From the NCBI GenBank assembly GCA_964463985.1, contig CAYXEK010000009.1, forward strand, positions 572 to 64,571: a stretch of DNA of 64,000 bases, read 5' to 3'. The notes under the pieces are model-generated. The model ran no database searches and had not been told where the DNA came from. It worked only from the letters and a program-made list of their open reading frames with translations. The stretch's first letter is position 1. The number at the start of each line of letters is the position of its first letter. Shown in pieces: positions 61,488 through 64,000 of this stretch. The DNA is from an uncultured Verrucomicrobiota bacterium (GTDB taxonomy: Bacteria; Verrucomicrobiota; Kiritimatiellia; JAAZAB01). The position numbers and the translations under genes were made by a program.

Positions 61488-63986
61488 TTAATGAACCTGT
61501 GCCGCGCCTAGTTTGTCCAACTCATGCCAATTGCCGGGCTGATACGACCAGGACGCCGTCGGCGCGAGGCTGCCGCGCACCTGGCGATGAAAATTGATGC
61601 CGATAACCTTGCCCGGAGTCAAGGTCATTGTCAAGGCGGCGGCCGGAATCCGCATTTCAACCACCCAGCCATCGGCATCCATGCCGGCCTTCACCGTCCA
61701 ATCCGGAGCGTAGTCATCCTCCACGGCGCCGCCGAAGCAGCGCTGGTCGAATTTGCCGCCGCCGGCATTGGCGGCGAATTGAAAATACTCATGTCCGTTC
61801 AAATCAGGGCGGATGAAAAGGTTGACAAAATCCACCCCTTTGCCAATAACCGCGCGTTCGCCGGCCGCGCCGCGCGTGGCGGAATCAGGTTGCGGGTCCA
61901 GGCACTTAAACGCCAGGTACAAATCCCGCCTGTCATGGCAGGCATACACCTGCGTCCCCCAGGTGGGCGCCACCGGCTGGCGGTCCGCGGTGACAAAGCC
62001 GCCTGCCGGGGCTAGTTGCCGCCAGGCCGCGTCGTCCATCCGGCCGTCAACGGCCGGCGGCTGCGATACGCGTGGCACTTCCATGGTTTTTCCCCCGAGC
62101 ATCTCGGCATGCAGAACATACTCTCGTTTCTGGTGGACTGTTGTCCAAAAATCGCCCCTGGTCAGCAAATGCCATGCCCGCGCATATTCGCCCGCCGTCA
62201 ATGCCGCCTGCGCGGCGGCAATAGTCTCCAGCAGGTCGGCATGAGATGCTTCGCCCAGCGCCGCAGCGCATCCGGGCAAATCAGCCAGAGCTTGCGCCCG
62301 GGCGATGATCTTTCGCATGTGGGCGGTCTGGGTGTCGTCCAACCGATCGGTGGCCCACCCCGCAATTTCAGCCTGCGCGCCATCGTCGCAGAAAGCCGCT
62401 ATGCCGAACGGAGGCAACTGTAGCGGCAGGTTGACATCATCCCCCGCGGATTCCACGGCCACGGGCAACCCGGCCGCCAAGTCGCGCACGGCGGATGCGC
62501 CGCGCAGGACTATCCGTCCGGTTATCGGCCAATATCCCGGATTGACCACGTAGAAATAGAGCCGGCCGTCCTTGCGCAAGACGCGGATGGCCAGGTTGCT
62601 TTGGAATCCGGTGCCGCCCCAGGGGATGAATTCATCCGGCGGGAGCGCTCTAAAAACGCGGGCAAACGGCCGCCAATCCGCCTCGTATCCCGTCAGGATG
62701 CCGAAATCGGTGAAACCGAACATACAGAGGTCCGGGTCCAACCCGATCATGGCCTGCACAAAGGACTCGCGGCAGAAATCCGCGGCGGGATTGGCCTGCA
62801 TAGTGGATTGGTACGGCCGGGGCCATTCTTCCCGCCATGGCATCTGTCCCGCTATTCCCTCCACCTCCCACCAGGGGTAATGCAGCATCAGTGCCCGGCG
62901 CGGACCCGCATGAAATGCGTCATACAACTCCTGCTCGGTATTCCCCTGCCAAAACCAGGCATAACCTTCCACATGGGTGGATGGCCGGTTTAAAGCGGCG
63001 GCCGGCAGCCAGGGGGCAACCCGCACGCCCTGCCCGCCGAACAGCTTCGGATCCCATCCCCATTCCATCAAATATTCACCTGCCGGACGCCCGCTTTGCA
63101 TCCACTGGGGCAGATGCCAGGAAAGATAGCAGCCGGCAACGCATTCCAAGTCAGCGCGGCGGCCTTTGATCGCGGCATCCGCCTTGATAAAGAATTCGGC
63201 GAGTTTGCGGCAACGCCATTCCATCCATTGTGCGCGCATGTCCGGCGCCGTCAAAAAATCATGGCGCCGGCGGAACCGCTCCGGACTATCCGCCGCCCCG
63301 GCGGGCAGCTTGATCCCGGCATCCTGCTCGAAGGCGGCGATGGTCGCATCATCATAACTGCATTGCCAGGGGTCGTCGCCGGCGCGCCAGGCAGGAATCC
63401 AGCCGCCGCCAAAATATGCCGTCCAGTTAATTCCCAGAAACGCCTGGTTGCCTGCAAATTTCAAGGCCAGTTCATCCGCCACCCGCAGCATTTCCTTTTC
63501 CACTTCCGGATGCGCGAAATTCCAGCCGGCCTTGGCGGCCGTGCCGCGGGCGGCAGGCGCCGGCGCGCCATCCCGGGTGACCATCACATACGGATTGATT
63601 CCCGTGGCGGCGCGGGCACGTTCGGCTTGCTCCATCAGGCCGGTGGTATAGGCAAATTCCACGCTGGCATAAAATTTTATATCGTTGGCCTCGAGCACCC
63701 GGGCCAAGACGTCGCGGATATCCTCCGTCAGGCGCGCGCTGCCGAGGGCGGGCGCGAAACCGGTGTTGGCGTCATGGTATTGGTAGGCGCCCATGACGTG
63801 CAGGTTTTGCCCGGTAAACCGCAGATATTCGGCATAGGCTTCGCAGGTTTCCAGGTATTCCAGCAGGCACGCGCAGGCGGCGTGGGCGGGAATGGCGTCC
63901 GGGGCGGCGCGCGGTAGTCCGCCTTTTTCCCGGCGAACGCCGAAAGTTGCATCCAGGCCGCGGCCCGGCGCCGTCCGCTCGGTCAA
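61488..63986 (-). CDS. paralog of the giant protein's central module with a C-terminal CBM9/DOMON-like domain; the N-terminus may run past the window edge
   Basis: 'LEYLETCEAYAEYLRFTGQNLHVMGAYQY' and 'RVFRALPPDEFIPWGGTGF...YFYVVNPGYWP' align with the 54843-59687 protein. The C-terminal 'VDGRMDDAAWRQ...EYFQFAANAGG' pattern is CBM9-like. Confidence 0.7.
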   Translation of the reverse strand: MTERTAPGRGLDATFGVRREKGGLPRAAPDAIPAHAACACLLEYLETCEAYAEYLRFTGQNLHVMGAYQYHDANTGFAPALGSARLTEDIRDVLARVLEANDIKFYASVEFAYTTGLMEQAERARAATGINPYVMVTRDGAPAPAARGTAAKAGWNFAHPEVEKEMLRVADELALKFAGNQAFLGINWTAYFGGGWIPAWRAGDDPWQCSYDDATIAAFEQDAGIKLPAGAADSPERFRRRHDFLTAPDMRAQWMEWRCRKLAEFFIKADAAIKGRRADLECVAGCYLSWHLPQWMQSGRPAGEYLMEWGWDPKLFGGQGVRVAPWLPAAALNRPSTHVEGYAWFWQGNTEQELYDAFHAGPRRALMLHYPWWEVEGIAGQMPWREEWPRPYQSTMQANPAADFCRESFVQAMIGLDPDLCMFGFTDFGILTGYEADWRPFARVFRALPPDEFIPWGGTGFQSNLAIRVLRKDGRLYFYVVNPGYWPITGRIVLRGASAVRDLAAGLPVAVESAGDDVNLPLQLPPFGIAAFCDDGAQAEIAGWATDRLDDTQTAHMRKIIARAQALADLPGCAAALGEASHADLLETIAAAQAALTAGEYARAWHLLTRGDFWTTVHQKREYVLHAEMLGGKTMEVPRVSQPPAVDGRMDDAAWRQLAPAGGFVTADRQPVAPTWGTQVYACHDRRDLYLAFKCLDPQPDSATRGAAGERAVIGKGVDFVNLFIRPDLNGHEYFQFAANAGGGKFDQRCFGGAVEDDYAPDWTVKAGMDADGWVVEMRIPAAALTMTLTPGKVIGINFHRQVRGSLAPTASWSYQPGNWHELDKLGAAQVH

Positions 63987-64000
63987 CAGCCCCAGACGTC

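Overview
This is a high-GC (about 62-64%) chromosomal segment from a Gram-negative bacterium. It mixes conserved housekeeping genes with a carbohydrate-active accessory complement. The LPS genes, the many secreted glycan-acting proteins, the FGE-type sulfatase maturase and the 'YVSP-GSDS...W.KAFATIQ.A' secreted-protein N-termini suggest a PVC-superphylum organism (Verrucomicrobiota, Kiritimatiellota or Lentisphaerota); that attribution is an inference from content, not a database match.

Housekeeping genes I can support:
- kdtA, purD, purE, a PDZ/S41 C-terminal processing protease and copA.
- a stand-alone EF-G, enolase, ftsB, a GT3 glycogen synthase and an M23 peptidase.
- a hybrid histidine kinase.
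- infC (AUU start) and thrS (lacks the TGS domain).
- nrdR followed by ribBA, ribH, nusB and ribD.
- fabG, acpP, fabF, lpxK and a GT9 heptosyltransferase.

Accessory content:
- two AraC regulators.
- a secreted zinc-PLC/S1-P1-like protein and a heparinase II/III-like protein.
- a twice-frameshifted GATase1-like/GHL10 gene.
- a low-GC islet carrying an AAA_14/DUF4143 ATPase.
- a translationally coupled pair: an unknown 2-TM protein plus a fused Icc/CpdA-like metallophosphoesterase-PHP phosphoesterase. This is the best candidate for an undescribed system.
- two neutral-ceramidase-like proteins, one fused to amidohydrolase_2 and operonic with a UbiA/DPPRS-like prenyltransferase.
- an orphan MNT-fold nucleotidyltransferase in an AT-rich patch.
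- a 3' locus of giant secreted proteins: a 1615-aa malectin-domain protein, a split beta-helix protein, and an 832-aa CBM9-like paralog that share an uncharacterised module of roughly 600 aa.

No rRNA, tRNA, CRISPR array or transposase was found. Several antisense ORFs in the provided track are GC-rich artefacts. Three apparent frameshifts suggest either pseudogenes or indel errors in the assembly.
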